This document shows, piece by piece, positions 54,342 through 63,953 of a DNA stretch of 64,000 bases. The stretch covers positions 61,104 through 125,103 of the IMG/VR virus record IMGVR_UViG_3300021060_000011; one strand, given 5' to 3'. A model generated the notes under the pieces. The model searched no databases. It was not told where the DNA came from and was given only the letters and a program-made list of their open reading frames with translations. Each line of letters starts with the position of its first letter. The stretch's first letter is position 1. This DNA comes from a virus (lineage: Duplodnaviria; Caudoviricetes). Position numbers and translations under genes: made by a program.

Positions 54342-54442
54342 TCATTTCCCCGGACGCGTCGAGTCCTTTTTTTCTACGCGACGCATCTGTGGATAACCGG
54401 TAGCTCTACAGGAGCCCGAAGCGCCAGTCGGTAAAAATTATC

Positions 54443-54493
54443 CGGTCAATCTACCGGATTATGGTTGACCCGGTAGAATGACCGGATTAGCTT
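54443..54493 (+). promoter_or_regulatory. Left operator/promoter (OL/PL)
   Basis: CGGTCAATCTACCG (54443-54456), CGGTAGAATGACCG (54471-54484); TTGACC-17-TAGCTT. Confidence 0.85.
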
Positions 54494-54526
54494 TCCTCCA
54501 TCAGTTCAGGCCGATGGAGCCGCCAA

Positions 54527-54934
54527 GTGCCCCGCACCTACCTCATCATCGCCACGCTCAGCCTGCTTGGATCGGACCCCGTAACGCGGGCCGTCGAGAC
54601 CCGCATCGGCACCACCGTTGAGGCGGTCGTTTCCAGCCTCTCCGCTGACGATCTCGGCCGCTCCGATCTGACAGCGGTCCACGCCATCGACATGGTCACC
54701 GGCGGCGCCGGTGGCACCCTCGATGTGACCGCTGAGGTCCTGCGCCTTACCGCCGACGCCCTGAACGCGTCAAAGACCGAACTGCCGCGCAGCCTCATCG
54801 CCGCCTTCGCCCAACACGGCATCCCAGAGCCAACGTCCTGGATCGCGGAATACCGCCGCATCGACCATGATCTGGCGGAGATCCGCCGCGCGGCTACGGC
54901 CCCCCTCCCCTTCCCGCTCCGGCTGGCTGCCTGA
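54527..54934 (+). CDS. Hypothetical protein, first gene of the left operon
   Basis: GGAG RBS; ends LRLAA. Confidence 0.6.
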   Translation: MPRTYLIIATLSLLGSDPVTRAVETRIGTTVEAVVSSLSADDLGRSDLTAVHAIDMVTGGAGGTLDVTAEVLRLTADALNASKTELPRSLIAAFAQHGIPEPTSWIAEYRRIDHDLAEIRRAATAPLPFPLRLAA

Positions 54935-55200
54935 TGCCCCGGTACGTGCTCTCTCCCACGCCGTCCGGGTACGCCCTCCAGCTCGACGGGCGCTTTGCCG
55001 GCCTCGTCTTCCGCCATCCCGAGGGTGGGGCCTGGGTCCTCGTGGCCGACTACGGCCACCCCCGCGCCCGCTTTGATCGCTGGACGGATGTCCCCGCGGA
55101 GATCCGCGACGCCGGCAGCGACGACCACGCCTCCCTCGCCGAGCTGTGTGCCGTCATCGGCGTCGAGATCGGCTCCGGCCCCGCCCAGCGCGCCGCCTAA
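54934..55200 (+). CDS. Hypothetical protein
   Basis: TGATG coupling. Confidence 0.6.
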   Translation: MPRYVLSPTPSGYALQLDGRFAGLVFRHPEGGAWVLVADYGHPRARFDRWTDVPAEIRDAGSDDHASLAELCAVIGVEIGSGPAQRAA

Positions 55201-55259
55201 GCCCCCTCCCCTTCCGCCTTCACCCCCGAGCGCATCGCGCTCCAATCAAGAGAGAACCC

Positions 55260-55706
55260 ATGTCGAATCGCGATCAGAACTTCCGGGAGATTGACGCCAA
55301 AGAGCTCCTCCAGCTCCTGTCGGGCGCCAAGCCGTTCGGCCTCGGCGCCGGCCGGGCGAAGCGCCCCATCGAGCAGGACATCGCCACGCTGAAAGCAGTG
55401 GCCGAGCGGTACACTGCACCGAACCCGTTCAAGCCCGGTGATCTCGTCACGCCGCGCGCCGACAGCCCGCTGAAGAACGTCGGCCGCCCGTACGTCGTCC
55501 TGGAGCTTGCGGAGACGATCAACACCCACCTCCCGATGGTCGACCCCCACCATGTCGATCACATCCGCTTCGGCGCCAAGCTCGACATCCGTGTGGCTTC
55601 GGTCTGCGACTGCCCCCACGGCGAGGTGACTGCCTATTGGGAGGAGGGCTGGATGTTCGAGCCCTACGCGCCGCCGGCGGCGGCCGTCGAGCCCGCCGCC
55701 GCTTGA
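55260..55706 (+). CDS. Hypothetical protein (F.PGD.V SH3-like)
   Basis: RBS and codon usage. Confidence 0.6.
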   Translation: MSNRDQNFREIDAKELLQLLSGAKPFGLGAGRAKRPIEQDIATLKAVAERYTAPNPFKPGDLVTPRADSPLKNVGRPYVVLELAETINTHLPMVDPHHVDHIRFGAKLDIRVASVCDCPHGEVTAYWEEGWMFEPYAPPAAAVEPAAA

Positions 55707-55772
55707 GCCGCCCACCGGGCCGCTCGCGCCGGGCGGCCCGGCCCCTCCCCCTTCCGATCTGCGAGCCGGCCC

Positions 55773-55994
55773 ATGAGCGCCAGCGTCATCGTCTTCGCCC
55801 CCTTCATCATCGGCGCCCTGCTCGCTGCACTCGGCGACATCGGCCTTCGTCTGCACGGCGGGTTCGCCACGCCCACCCCGGCCGCCGACGGCGTGGTGCT
55901 CCTCGCCGGCCACGCGGTGCGCCTCCTGGCCCTGGTGCCCGCTGTCGTCCTGGCCGGCCTCGCCCTGGCCTTCGACCGGCGCGTGCGTCCGTAG
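55773..55994 (+). CDS. Small membrane protein
   Basis: Two hydrophobic segments. Confidence 0.5.
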   Translation: MSASVIVFAPFIIGALLAALGDIGLRLHGGFATPTPAADGVVLLAGHAVRLLALVPAVVLAGLALAFDRRVRP

Positions 55995-56028
55995 TCCTCC
56001 CCCAACCACGTCAGCAGAGGGAATCGCC

Positions 56029-56328
56029 ATGGCAGCGAAGCGGTATCGGTCGAGCAGCATCACGATTGATGTGCCCGTCTCCGACGTGCTCGATGAGATC
56101 GACGACGACGATCTGCTCAAGGAAGTTCGCAACCGCGAACTCGAACTTCCCGCCGGCGTAGAGGCGTCCATCGGCTGCGACCGCTCCTACGCCGAGGAGG
56201 CCATCCTCCTCCTGCGCACGGGCCGCTCCTGGGACGCGCTCACTCTGCTCGAGCGAGCCCTCCACCCGAAGTTCCAGGACCGCGCGGCCTGCGAGAAGGC
56301 CCTCGCGAAGGTCCGCATGTCGGCCTGA
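56029..56328 (+). CDS. Hypothetical protein
   Basis: V..VL.EIDDDDL..EV..R. Confidence 0.6.
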   Translation: MAAKRYRSSSITIDVPVSDVLDEIDDDDLLKEVRNRELELPAGVEASIGCDRSYAEEAILLLRTGRSWDALTLLERALHPKFQDRAACEKALAKVRMSA

Positions 56329-56372
56329 CGGCCCGGCCACCGCCCTCACTCACCGACCCCCGCAAGGCTCGT

Positions 56373-56576
56373 TTGATGGCCGAAGAAACCCTCCTCACCG
56401 CTTCCCGCCGCCTCGTGCGCTTCCTGCGCATCGACGACGCGCATGGAGGCCTCCTCAGCAACGAGACGGTCCGGGCCGCCGACACGCTCGACAGGCAGGT
56501 CCGCCTCGCAACGAAGGCCGCAGAAGCGGCCGCCACCCAGGCCGACGGCGACGCCGTGGCCCAACCCGCGGAGTGA
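56373..56576 (+). CDS. Hypothetical protein
   Basis: Small coupled ORF. Confidence 0.5.
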   Translation: MMAEETLLTASRRLVRFLRIDDAHGGLLSNETVRAADTLDRQVRLATKAAEAAATQADGDAVAQPAE

Positions 56577-57484
56577 TCGTCGTGGACGAACATCTTGGAA
56601 TCGCGAAAATTGCCGCGAAATCGTTCGCGGATCACCGCCTGACTAAGGGGCCTGGGCACTCCTGGCGGATGGGCAGGCCGAATACCGGATCCTACTCGTT
56701 CCGCGTCACCTGGTGCCCTGGCGTTCTCGTCGTCAGCGGCGACATCGGCAGCGCCGTCTATCAGGTGTGGCCGAGCTTCGGCACGCTCTGGGGCGCCATC
56801 GATCTCGTTGATCAGGCAGGCTTCGATTACCTCGCCGGCAAGAGTGGGGTGCGGGAGGAATTCGACCGTGACGAGACGGTGTCGTCCCTGGTTCGCTACG
56901 CCTACGAGAGCCTGCGCCACGGCCATCGGGAGAGCCTCTTCAAGCGTCTCTGCGATGAGTACGGCGGTGATCCGGACCGCCCCCACGACCGCAAGGAAGC
57001 GGTTCGCGCTTTCCGTGATGACGACAGCCTGACGGCCGAGCGCGTCTACAACATCACCGGCGACTTCGAGGCGCCGACCTACAGCCTTCCCGCCTCTGCT
57101 CGCTGGACCTACGAGGCGCTGCAGCTCTGGGCAGCAACGATGAAGGCCCGCGAGCCGGTGTGGCACCGCCTGTGGCGGCGAGCCCTGCGCGAGCGGGACA
57201 CGCTGAAACGCCTAGCGCGCGCCCAGAAGCATTTCCGACCGACGCTCTATGCCCGCAAGTGCTCCGGCCACGATTTCTGGGTTCGCGTTTCGTACGAGCA
57301 CCAGGGCGTTCAATGCGAGCGGATGGCCGCTGTCGTGCCGCTCATCGTGTTCGGCATGGACCTATCCAAGGTCGGGCTCTGGCGAGACCAGGGCAGTAGC
57401 TGCCCGTTGGGCCGCGACAGTCGCGACGCCGACTTCACGCCTGTGAAGCCGTCTCCGGCCGAACCGGTGGCGAGCCCCGCATGA
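56573..57484 (+). CDS. Phage hypothetical protein
   Basis: F.VTW.PG.L.VSGD.G..V, DYLA.K. Confidence 0.7.
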   Translation: MIVVDEHLGIAKIAAKSFADHRLTKGPGHSWRMGRPNTGSYSFRVTWCPGVLVVSGDIGSAVYQVWPSFGTLWGAIDLVDQAGFDYLAGKSGVREEFDRDETVSSLVRYAYESLRHGHRESLFKRLCDEYGGDPDRPHDRKEAVRAFRDDDSLTAERVYNITGDFEAPTYSLPASARWTYEALQLWAATMKAREPVWHRLWRRALRERDTLKRLARAQKHFRPTLYARKCSGHDFWVRVSYEHQGVQCERMAAVVPLIVFGMDLSKVGLWRDQGSSCPLGRDSRDADFTPVKPSPAEPVASPA

Positions 57485-57617
57485 GGCGGCCCCTCCGCGT
57501 CGCGATCTGCCTGCTCCCGGCCGTCGCCTTCTTCTTCACCGCCGCCCTCGCCGAAAGCGTCATGCGCATCGCCGATCGGGTCCTCGACCACCTCATCGCC
57601 TGGATGGAGTCGCCGCG

Positions 57618-57851
57618 ATGATCGCCCGCCACCCCGTGCTCACCCCCGAGGAAACCGCCCAGCGCCTGATCTGGGCGCAGGTCCCCCCGCACATGATCCA
57701 CTCCGACATGGCGCTGGCCCACGTGCTCTTTGAAATCATCTGCGAGGTCGAGGGCATGCTTTGCTGCCAGGTCCCGCAAGACTTCCCCGCCATCCGCGCA
57801 AGCTACGCCGAGAAGTGCGCCGACCACGACCTCAGCCAGACGCGTCACTGA
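57618..57851 (+). CDS. Hypothetical protein
   Basis: GGAG RBS. Confidence 0.5.
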   Translation: MIARHPVLTPEETAQRLIWAQVPPHMIHSDMALAHVLFEIICEVEGMLCCQVPQDFPAIRASYAEKCADHDLSQTRH

Positions 57852-57890
57852 AGCGTCTTCGTCCTCCGTCCTCAGCACCGGATAATCCAA

Positions 57891-58550
57891 ATGCCCCAGA
57901 TCTACACCGCCGCCTCGCCCGTGGTTCGCAGCGCCGTCAGCACGCGCAACCGGGCCCAAGCGCCTGAGCCGTTCTCTGAGATACAGCGCCGCCGCCACGA
58001 GGCGTTCACTCGGGACGCAGTTCCGATGAACCTGCCGTACCCGAAGGTCGAAGCGGTAGGCCCGACGGGTCGGCCTACGCTGCCTACCCGAGAGCTGCTG
58101 CTGAGCACCGAGGCTCACCACCTCAGCCGTAAGCAGGTCGTCGACCTCATGGAGGAGAACCTGACGCTGCGGGAGGCCCTGCGACAGATGCAGGAATCCC
58201 TCGCGCCTCAGGCGTTCCTCCCCGGGGCCTGGGGTCTGACGGGTAAAGAGCGCGACCTTCTGCTCGCCCTCCGCAAAGCCAGCCCGAACGTGCTTCACAA
58301 GGAGCGCCTGCTGATCACGCTGTACGGCGTCCTCGATGACGACGTGCCCGACCAGAAGATTCTCGACGTGTTCGTCTGCAAGATCCGGCAGAAGCTCGCG
58401 CGTGCAGAGGCCGGGGTTGCGATCCAGACCATCTGGGGCCGCGGTTGGCGGATCGACAGCGAGAACCTCACCCGCCTGAACGCGCACATTGATGCGGCGT
58501 CCGAGCCGGACTGGACGCCCGGCACCCCGCTCTTTCTCGCTGCGGAGTAG
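57891..58550 (+). CDS. CtrA-like winged-helix DNA-binding protein without receiver domain
   Basis: LTGKE..LL..L, KE.LL..LYG..D..P..KI.DVF.CK.R.KL, I.T.WGRG: matches the CtrA effector domain. Confidence 0.85.
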   Translation: MPQIYTAASPVVRSAVSTRNRAQAPEPFSEIQRRRHEAFTRDAVPMNLPYPKVEAVGPTGRPTLPTRELLLSTEAHHLSRKQVVDLMEENLTLREALRQMQESLAPQAFLPGAWGLTGKERDLLLALRKASPNVLHKERLLITLYGVLDDDVPDQKILDVFVCKIRQKLARAEAGVAIQTIWGRGWRIDSENLTRLNAHIDAASEPDWTPGTPLFLAAE

Positions 58551-58554
58551 GGGC

Positions 58555-59073
58555 ATGCCGGCCCCGATCTGCCCGGCCTGCGGGACGGCGGCGCGCCTGA
58601 CCGTCGGGGCCGAGGTCCACCGCCGGAAGCCGCACCTGGCCGATAGGCCGATCTGGAAGTGCGACACCTGCTCGGACGCCTACGTCGGCTGCCACGACGG
58701 CACGACGGTGGCGCTGGGCACCCCGGCCGACAAGGCGACGCGCGAGGCTCGCCACTCGCTCCACCGTTGGAAGCTCGACCCGCTCTGGCAGCAGGCGGTC
58801 GCCTTGTCGGCCTACAGCCGGGCGCCCCGAAACAAGGGTGTCCAGGCGGACATCAAGAAGACCGCCCGGCAGCGGGTCTACGCCTACCTCGCCGAACGCA
58901 TGGGCCTCACCATCGCCGAGACCCACACCGGCCTCTTCACCTCCGACCAGTGCCGGACCGCCTCCGCGATCCTGAGCACCATCACCTACGCCGAAATCCG
59001 CCGGTGGGCGCACGCGCAGCGCGACGCTGCCGATCGCGCTGACCGCCTCGCCGGCGCCCCCTCCCCTGCCTGA
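58555..59073 (+). CDS. Zinc-finger protein (DUF3268-like)
   Basis: CP.CG, W.C..C.AYVGCH.GT...LGT.A, DPLW, Y..LA..MG, H.G.F. Confidence 0.85.
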   Translation: MPAPICPACGTAARLTVGAEVHRRKPHLADRPIWKCDTCSDAYVGCHDGTTVALGTPADKATREARHSLHRWKLDPLWQQAVALSAYSRAPRNKGVQADIKKTARQRVYAYLAERMGLTIAETHTGLFTSDQCRTASAILSTITYAEIRRWAHAQRDAADRADRLAGAPSPA

Positions 59074-59083
59074 GGAACCCGTC

Positions 59084-59878
59084 ATGTCCGAGACCGCAGC
59101 ACCCGCCTCGCCCGCGCCCAGCGATACCCCCGACAAGCCCTCCTGGGATCGGGCGCGGGCGACCTTCAGCGCTGCCTATCTGCACGCCCTGGAACCGATC
59201 ATCCGTGCGTCGCAGACCGACATCGTGTCCTGGTCAACGTCCGGCCTGATCATCGAGCCGGTCGAGTCCGGCGGTGTCATCCTGGTCGCCACGGACGGTC
59301 GCGCCTTCGCCGCGGTCTTCGACCCGGACGCGCATGCCTCTCGGGCCATGCGCCTCACGATCCCCGACTCGACGTTCGTGGCGGCAACGCCTCCGAAGCC
59401 GATTCCCATGTGGTCCGAGGGAGAGAACCTCGAAATCGAGCAGCCAGAATGGGCGCAGCCCGGCATCATTTGGGCTTGGGGCCTGTCGATCTGCGTGATC
59501 CCTAAGATGCACCTGCCGGGCGAAAGTCCCGAGCATTCGCCGATGCTGGGCAGCGAGTCCCTCGAACTGGGCAACACCTACGCCGGCGGCTATCGCCTGC
59601 ATCCCGAACCGCCCAAGCTGAACTGGCGCGGGCTCCTCGGCCGGGAGCGTTCGCCAAGCGATGGCCGCGTGGCCGTGATCCCTGAGGTGCTCGGGCGCCT
59701 CGATCGCTTCTCGCCGCTGTTCAACGCGCCCCTGAGGTTGGACCTGGGCGGCCCCATGCAGCCCATCATCGTCACGGCGGTGGGCGTCGAGAACTTCGTC
59801 GGCATGGTCATGCCCTGCAACTCGCCGCTGCCCGGCGAGCCGATCCCGGCATGGGCGCGGGCTGAGGCGGAGGCATGA
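59084..59878 (+). CDS. Hypothetical protein with beta-clamp-like motifs
   Basis: LVATDG, F.G.VMP. Confidence 0.55.
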   Translation: MSETAAPASPAPSDTPDKPSWDRARATFSAAYLHALEPIIRASQTDIVSWSTSGLIIEPVESGGVILVATDGRAFAAVFDPDAHASRAMRLTIPDSTFVAATPPKPIPMWSEGENLEIEQPEWAQPGIIWAWGLSICVIPKMHLPGESPEHSPMLGSESLELGNTYAGGYRLHPEPPKLNWRGLLGRERSPSDGRVAVIPEVLGRLDRFSPLFNAPLRLDLGGPMQPIIVTAVGVENFVGMVMPCNSPLPGEPIPAWARAEAEA

Positions 59879-61569
59879 CGCGCCCCCTCATCATCGACAG
59901 CTTCGCCGGCGGCGGCGGGGCCAGCGAGGGCATCCGGTACCTCTCGGTTTGCTCCGGGATCGAGGTCGCGTCGCTGGCCTGGAAGCCCCTCGGCTGGGCA
60001 CCAGTTCTGCTGTCCGAGATCGAAGACTTCCCGCGCGAGATGCTGCGCCAGCGCCATGGCGCCTACGATGTGTGTCGCAGCCGCCCGCCCGCCGGCCTCG
60101 TGCCACTGTGGGGAGACTTCTCGGCCCTTCGGATGCGGCACCTGCGCCGCTTCGGCGTCGACCCTGCGGATATTGATGTCCTCGTCGGCGGAACACCCTG
60201 CCAGGGGTTCTCCGTCGCCGGCCTGCGCCTATCCCTGTCGGATCCGCGCGGGAACCTGTCGCTCTCCTTCCTCAGGCTCGCCCATGCAATTGACGCTGCT
60301 CGACGCCACGCCGGACGTCCCGGCCTCATTGTCGTCTGGGAGAACGTCCCCGGCGTCCTCAGTACGCCGGACAACGCCCTCGGATGCTTCCTGGGTGCGC
60401 TTGTCGGCGCAGACGATGCCGTCCTTCCAGGCGATCGTCCGGGTCGTGGGCGAAGCAACAGACTCTGGCGCTGGCGTGCTGCCGGACGCTGGCCCGTCCT
60501 TGACGCAGAGGGAAGCGAAACGGGCAAGTTCGTCGAGCGCCCCGAAGCCCACATACCGTCCTGGCCGAGTGCAGGTATGGTTGCCGGGCCACGGGGGCGG
60601 GCGGCATGGAGGGTTCTCGACTGTCAACACTTCGGCCTCGCCCAACGACGCGCACGCGTGTTCCTTGTTGGAGGTCTTGGAGACGGGATTGATCCCGCAG
60701 CGGTTCTTTTTGAGCCCGCTGGCCTGCGCGGGAATCATCCGGCGGGCGGCCAAACGCGGCAAGACCTTGCCGGAAGCCTTACGGCGAGCTCTGGAGGCGT
60801 CAGCGGCAAGGACGACCCCGCCGGCCGCGTCGTAGCGCAGACTCTGGCGGGCGGAGGCCGCGCGGCAGGTGGCTACAGCCTGGACGATATTCCGCTGACG
60901 GCTACGACGCTCCGCGCACGCGACGGCTCCAAGGGCGTCGACAGCGACTGCACCGACACGCTGGTCCCGATGGCCTTCGGCGGCAATCGCCAGAGCGGTC
61001 CAATCAGTGTCGCTGCCGCGCTTAACGCCCACGGCGGGCCCCATGGTCGTCAGGACTTCGAGACTGAAACCTTCGTCCTGGCCCATACGCTACGGGCCGA
61101 AGGGTTCGACGCGAGCGAGGACGGGACCGGCCGGGGCACGCCACTGGTACCGGTCGCCTTCGACACGACCCAGATTACCAGCGCGACGAACCGCTCCAAT
61201 CCGCAGCCGGGTGACCCTTGCCATCCGCTCGCCGCTGAAGGGCACCCGCCCGCCATCGCCTTCGATTGTAAGGCCGGTGGGGAGACCAGCTTTTCGATCG
61301 GTGCGCTGCCCGGCACGTTGCGCGGCGAAGGAAGCGGTGGCGGGCATGCTGCCGTGGCCCTCCCGCTTGGCGTCCGCCGCCTCACGCCGACCGAGTGCGA
61401 GCGCCTGATGGGCGTGCCGGATGGCTACACGGCAATCTCGTGGCGCGGACGTGCACCCGAGGACTGCCCGGATGGTCCCCGCTACCGCGCCCTCGGCAAC
61501 GCCTACCCGAGGCCGATCCTCGCGTGGCTGGGCGAGCGCATAGGCGCCGACCTCGCGAGGGCCACGTGA
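59875..61569 (+). CDS. C5-cytosine DNA methyltransferase
   Basis: YLSVCSGI, GG.PCQ.FS.AG, WENVPG, Q.R.RVF, RRLTP.ECERL.G.PD, ALGN. Confidence 0.95.
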   Translation: MTRPLIIDSFAGGGGASEGIRYLSVCSGIEVASLAWKPLGWAPVLLSEIEDFPREMLRQRHGAYDVCRSRPPAGLVPLWGDFSALRMRHLRRFGVDPADIDVLVGGTPCQGFSVAGLRLSLSDPRGNLSLSFLRLAHAIDAARRHAGRPGLIVVWENVPGVLSTPDNALGCFLGALVGADDAVLPGDRPGRGRSNRLWRWRAAGRWPVLDAEGSETGKFVERPEAHIPSWPSAGMVAGPRGRAAWRVLDCQHFGLAQRRARVFLVGGLGDGIDPAAVLFEPAGLRGNHPAGGQTRQDLAGSLTASSGGVSGKDDPAGRVVAQTLAGGGRAAGGYSLDDIPLTATTLRARDGSKGVDSDCTDTLVPMAFGGNRQSGPISVAAALNAHGGPHGRQDFETETFVLAHTLRAEGFDASEDGTGRGTPLVPVAFDTTQITSATNRSNPQPGDPCHPLAAEGHPPAIAFDCKAGGETSFSIGALPGTLRGEGSGGGHAAVALPLGVRRLTPTECERLMGVPDGYTAISWRGRAPEDCPDGPRYRALGNAYPRPILAWLGERIGADLARAT

Positions 61570-61641
61570 CCGCCGTCCTTGCCACCGTCAACACGGCCGC
61601 CGCCCCGGTGGCCATGCCCCTCTTCGCTGCGGAGTAGGCCG

Positions 61642-63495
61642 ATGACTTCCACCCAAACTCTTTCCGAAGCCGGCCAGAAGCTCGCGGATGCGCTGATCGA
61701 AACCGACCTGATTGAGCAGGCCGAAGCCGAGATGTGGGCCGAGGGGTACAACACCGCCGCCGCGCTCCTGCTGACCGCGCCTGAGGGCGAGGGGGCGGGC
61801 CTGCGGGAGGCGATGAAGCCGGTTCTGCGCGAGCGGGATCGGTGGGCTGACTCGCGTTTCGCGTATCCCGATAGCCGCCACGTGTACTTCACGCTCGGAG
61901 AAGTGCGTTCACTCGCCCTTGCCTACGAGGCCGCCACCCTCGCGCCCCGGGCAGACCCCAAGACACCGGATGCCGGGGTGGGGGGATCGGTGGGGGGCGG
62001 GGGCCTGCGGGAGGTAGCAACCGGCCTCATCGCTTTCTGGAAGCGGATCGGAAACGGGCAGCACGAGAAGCTGGATGGCCTTGTTCGCATGGCGGAAGCC
62101 GCCCTCGCCAGCCCGCAACCCGCCGTACAAGGGCCGGTCGCGGCGGGGGTGGGGGTGTCCGAGGTGCGCCGTCCGCCAACGTGGCACACTGATGAATTTG
62201 ACGCCGACATAGGCCATTGCGAACGCCTGCTTGCGAAGCTTCTCGGCGTGTCGTCCTACGAGCATGGCGACGGAAGCGAGGACTTCGACAACGACGCCAC
62301 GATGACCCTCGTCAACATCCTGGCCGCTGCCGGTCTGTACGACAAGGATGAGAACCGGCCGATCCTCGCCTCCACCACGCCCCCGGCAGACCCCAAGACG
62401 CCGGATGCCGGGGTGGGGCTCTGGTGCATGCACGTTGCCGGTTCAGACGACATCTATGCGGCGCCCGACTTCTGGACCGCACTCGCGTGGGCGGCCGAAC
62501 TCAATGGGGCAATCGCCGAGCGAGCTATTGCCGGCAAATGGGCGGCTGACGACAACTGGCCTCTGACGCAGGCAACCGTGCAGCCATGGCCCGGCACCGG
62601 CGAGGATCATGGTTGGCGACTGGCAAAAGAGCTTGCGGATCGCGCGGCCCATGAGGCGCGTCGCGCCGCCCTCGCCCAACCCGCCCCGGTGGGTGAAGAC
62701 GAGACGGGGGTGCGGGAGGCGCTTGTAGAAGCCGCTGGCGTTTTGGAAGTAGCTGCGCGTTTCTATGACCGCGATAGCTCCATAGAGAGCGGCTTGCGTC
62801 GGGACCGGCTCGAATTGGCCGCCTCTCGTGCACGCGCCGCCCTCGCCCCCCAACCGCCCAAGGCCGAGACGACGGCAGGGGTGGGGGAGGCATCGCAAAA
62901 CGGGTTCGTCGCCCGCAACTGCGCTTGCTGTGCAGATCAGCCGACTATCCCGCCGGACTGCCCGGCGTGTCACGGCGCTGGCGGGTTCACTCGATATTAC
63001 CTCACCGCGCATCAGCCTGTCCCAGAGGTACGCGTAGCCGATGCCGGGGATAAGTCTGCCAGTGAACTGACGCGCGAATTACGGGACATCATCATTTCCG
63101 ATGTTCGTGCGGCTTCCGGGTCAGGGGCCTTCCCCGGCGAGCCCGTGGGTCTTTCAGCCAGCCATTTGTCCGTCATCCTGGCCGCCCGTCTTGGGTGCCA
63201 CTTCGCCGCCCTCTCCACCGCCCCAGCGGCACGGCCAGGAGACGGGGTGGAGGCCGATAAGGACCGGCTGGATTGGCTGGAAAAGGCCGCCCGCAAGAGT
63301 CGTAGCGGCATCTCGTTCGATCACATCCCGTCCGTCGAGGGTGAGCGGTCCGGCTTCCGCTTCATGCGCAAGTTCTTCATCGGCGACGCGCGCGACACTC
63401 TGCGCTCGGCCATCGACGCCGCACGTGGCGAGGTCGAGCAAATGCAGCGCCGTGAACTCGTCGCCGCACCGGCCGCTGACGGAGGGCGGGGCTGA
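61642..63495 (+). CDS. Mosaic modular protein (Ea22/Ead-like architecture)
   Basis: Unrelated modules joined by AALA..P...GVG linkers; 33-bp direct repeat. Confidence 0.7.
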   Translation: MTSTQTLSEAGQKLADALIETDLIEQAEAEMWAEGYNTAAALLLTAPEGEGAGLREAMKPVLRERDRWADSRFAYPDSRHVYFTLGEVRSLALAYEAATLAPRADPKTPDAGVGGSVGGGGLREVATGLIAFWKRIGNGQHEKLDGLVRMAEAALASPQPAVQGPVAAGVGVSEVRRPPTWHTDEFDADIGHCERLLAKLLGVSSYEHGDGSEDFDNDATMTLVNILAAAGLYDKDENRPILASTTPPADPKTPDAGVGLWCMHVAGSDDIYAAPDFWTALAWAAELNGAIAERAIAGKWAADDNWPLTQATVQPWPGTGEDHGWRLAKELADRAAHEARRAALAQPAPVGEDETGVREALVEAAGVLEVAARFYDRDSSIESGLRRDRLELAASRARAALAPQPPKAETTAGVGEASQNGFVARNCACCADQPTIPPDCPACHGAGGFTRYYLTAHQPVPEVRVADAGDKSASELTRELRDIIISDVRAASGSGAFPGEPVGLSASHLSVILAARLGCHFAALSTAPAARPGDGVEADKDRLDWLEKAARKSRSGISFDHIPSVEGERSGFRFMRKFFIGDARDTLRSAIDAARGEVEQMQRRELVAAPAADGGRG

Positions 63496-63953
63496 TGTCA
63501 CCCCTTCAGTATCGCCGCTGGTACGACTTCGCTCGCCGTATGGCGCTGCGCACGATGGATGTCACGCCCGCACGGCGTGCCAAGATCGCCAAAGAGATCA
63601 GGCACATTCTATGGATACTCGAAAACGACATCTCGGAAATCGAAAGCTGGGACGGTCCGGGATGCTACGTTGGCGATGAGGTCAGTCGCCTCCTGTACGA
63701 CGCTGGTCACAACGACGAGCGTCAGTTTAAGAACGGTAGCGTCGAGCAAATAGAACATCGCTTCATCAGTCAGGTCTCTTGCTGCATCCGCGCGGGGCTA
63801 GATGTTGCCTTAGAGCCATCAGGGGGCGTGCTCGGTTGGACTGTGGGCGATCTACGCCAGATGTACCCGCTTGGCCTGCCGGCTTGGGTCGCGGCTTATT
63901 TTGTCGAACCCATCACAGCCGAGACGCCCTCCGAGATGGGGGTATGGCTATGA
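63495..63953 (+). CDS. Hypothetical protein
   Basis: Coupled; CC.RAG.D.A....GGV.G.TVGDLR.M.P..LP.WV. Confidence 0.7.
   Translation: MSPLQYRRWYDFARRMALRTMDVTPARRAKIAKEIRHILWILENDISEIESWDGPGCYVGDEVSRLLYDAGHNDERQFKNGSVEQIEHRFISQVSCCIRAGLDVALEPSGGVLGWTVGDLRQMYPLGLPAWVAAYFVEPITAETPSEMGVWL

Noticed and set aside
53000-54520. CtrA boxes in the immunity region
   Set aside because: No TTAA-N7-TTAA found by eye
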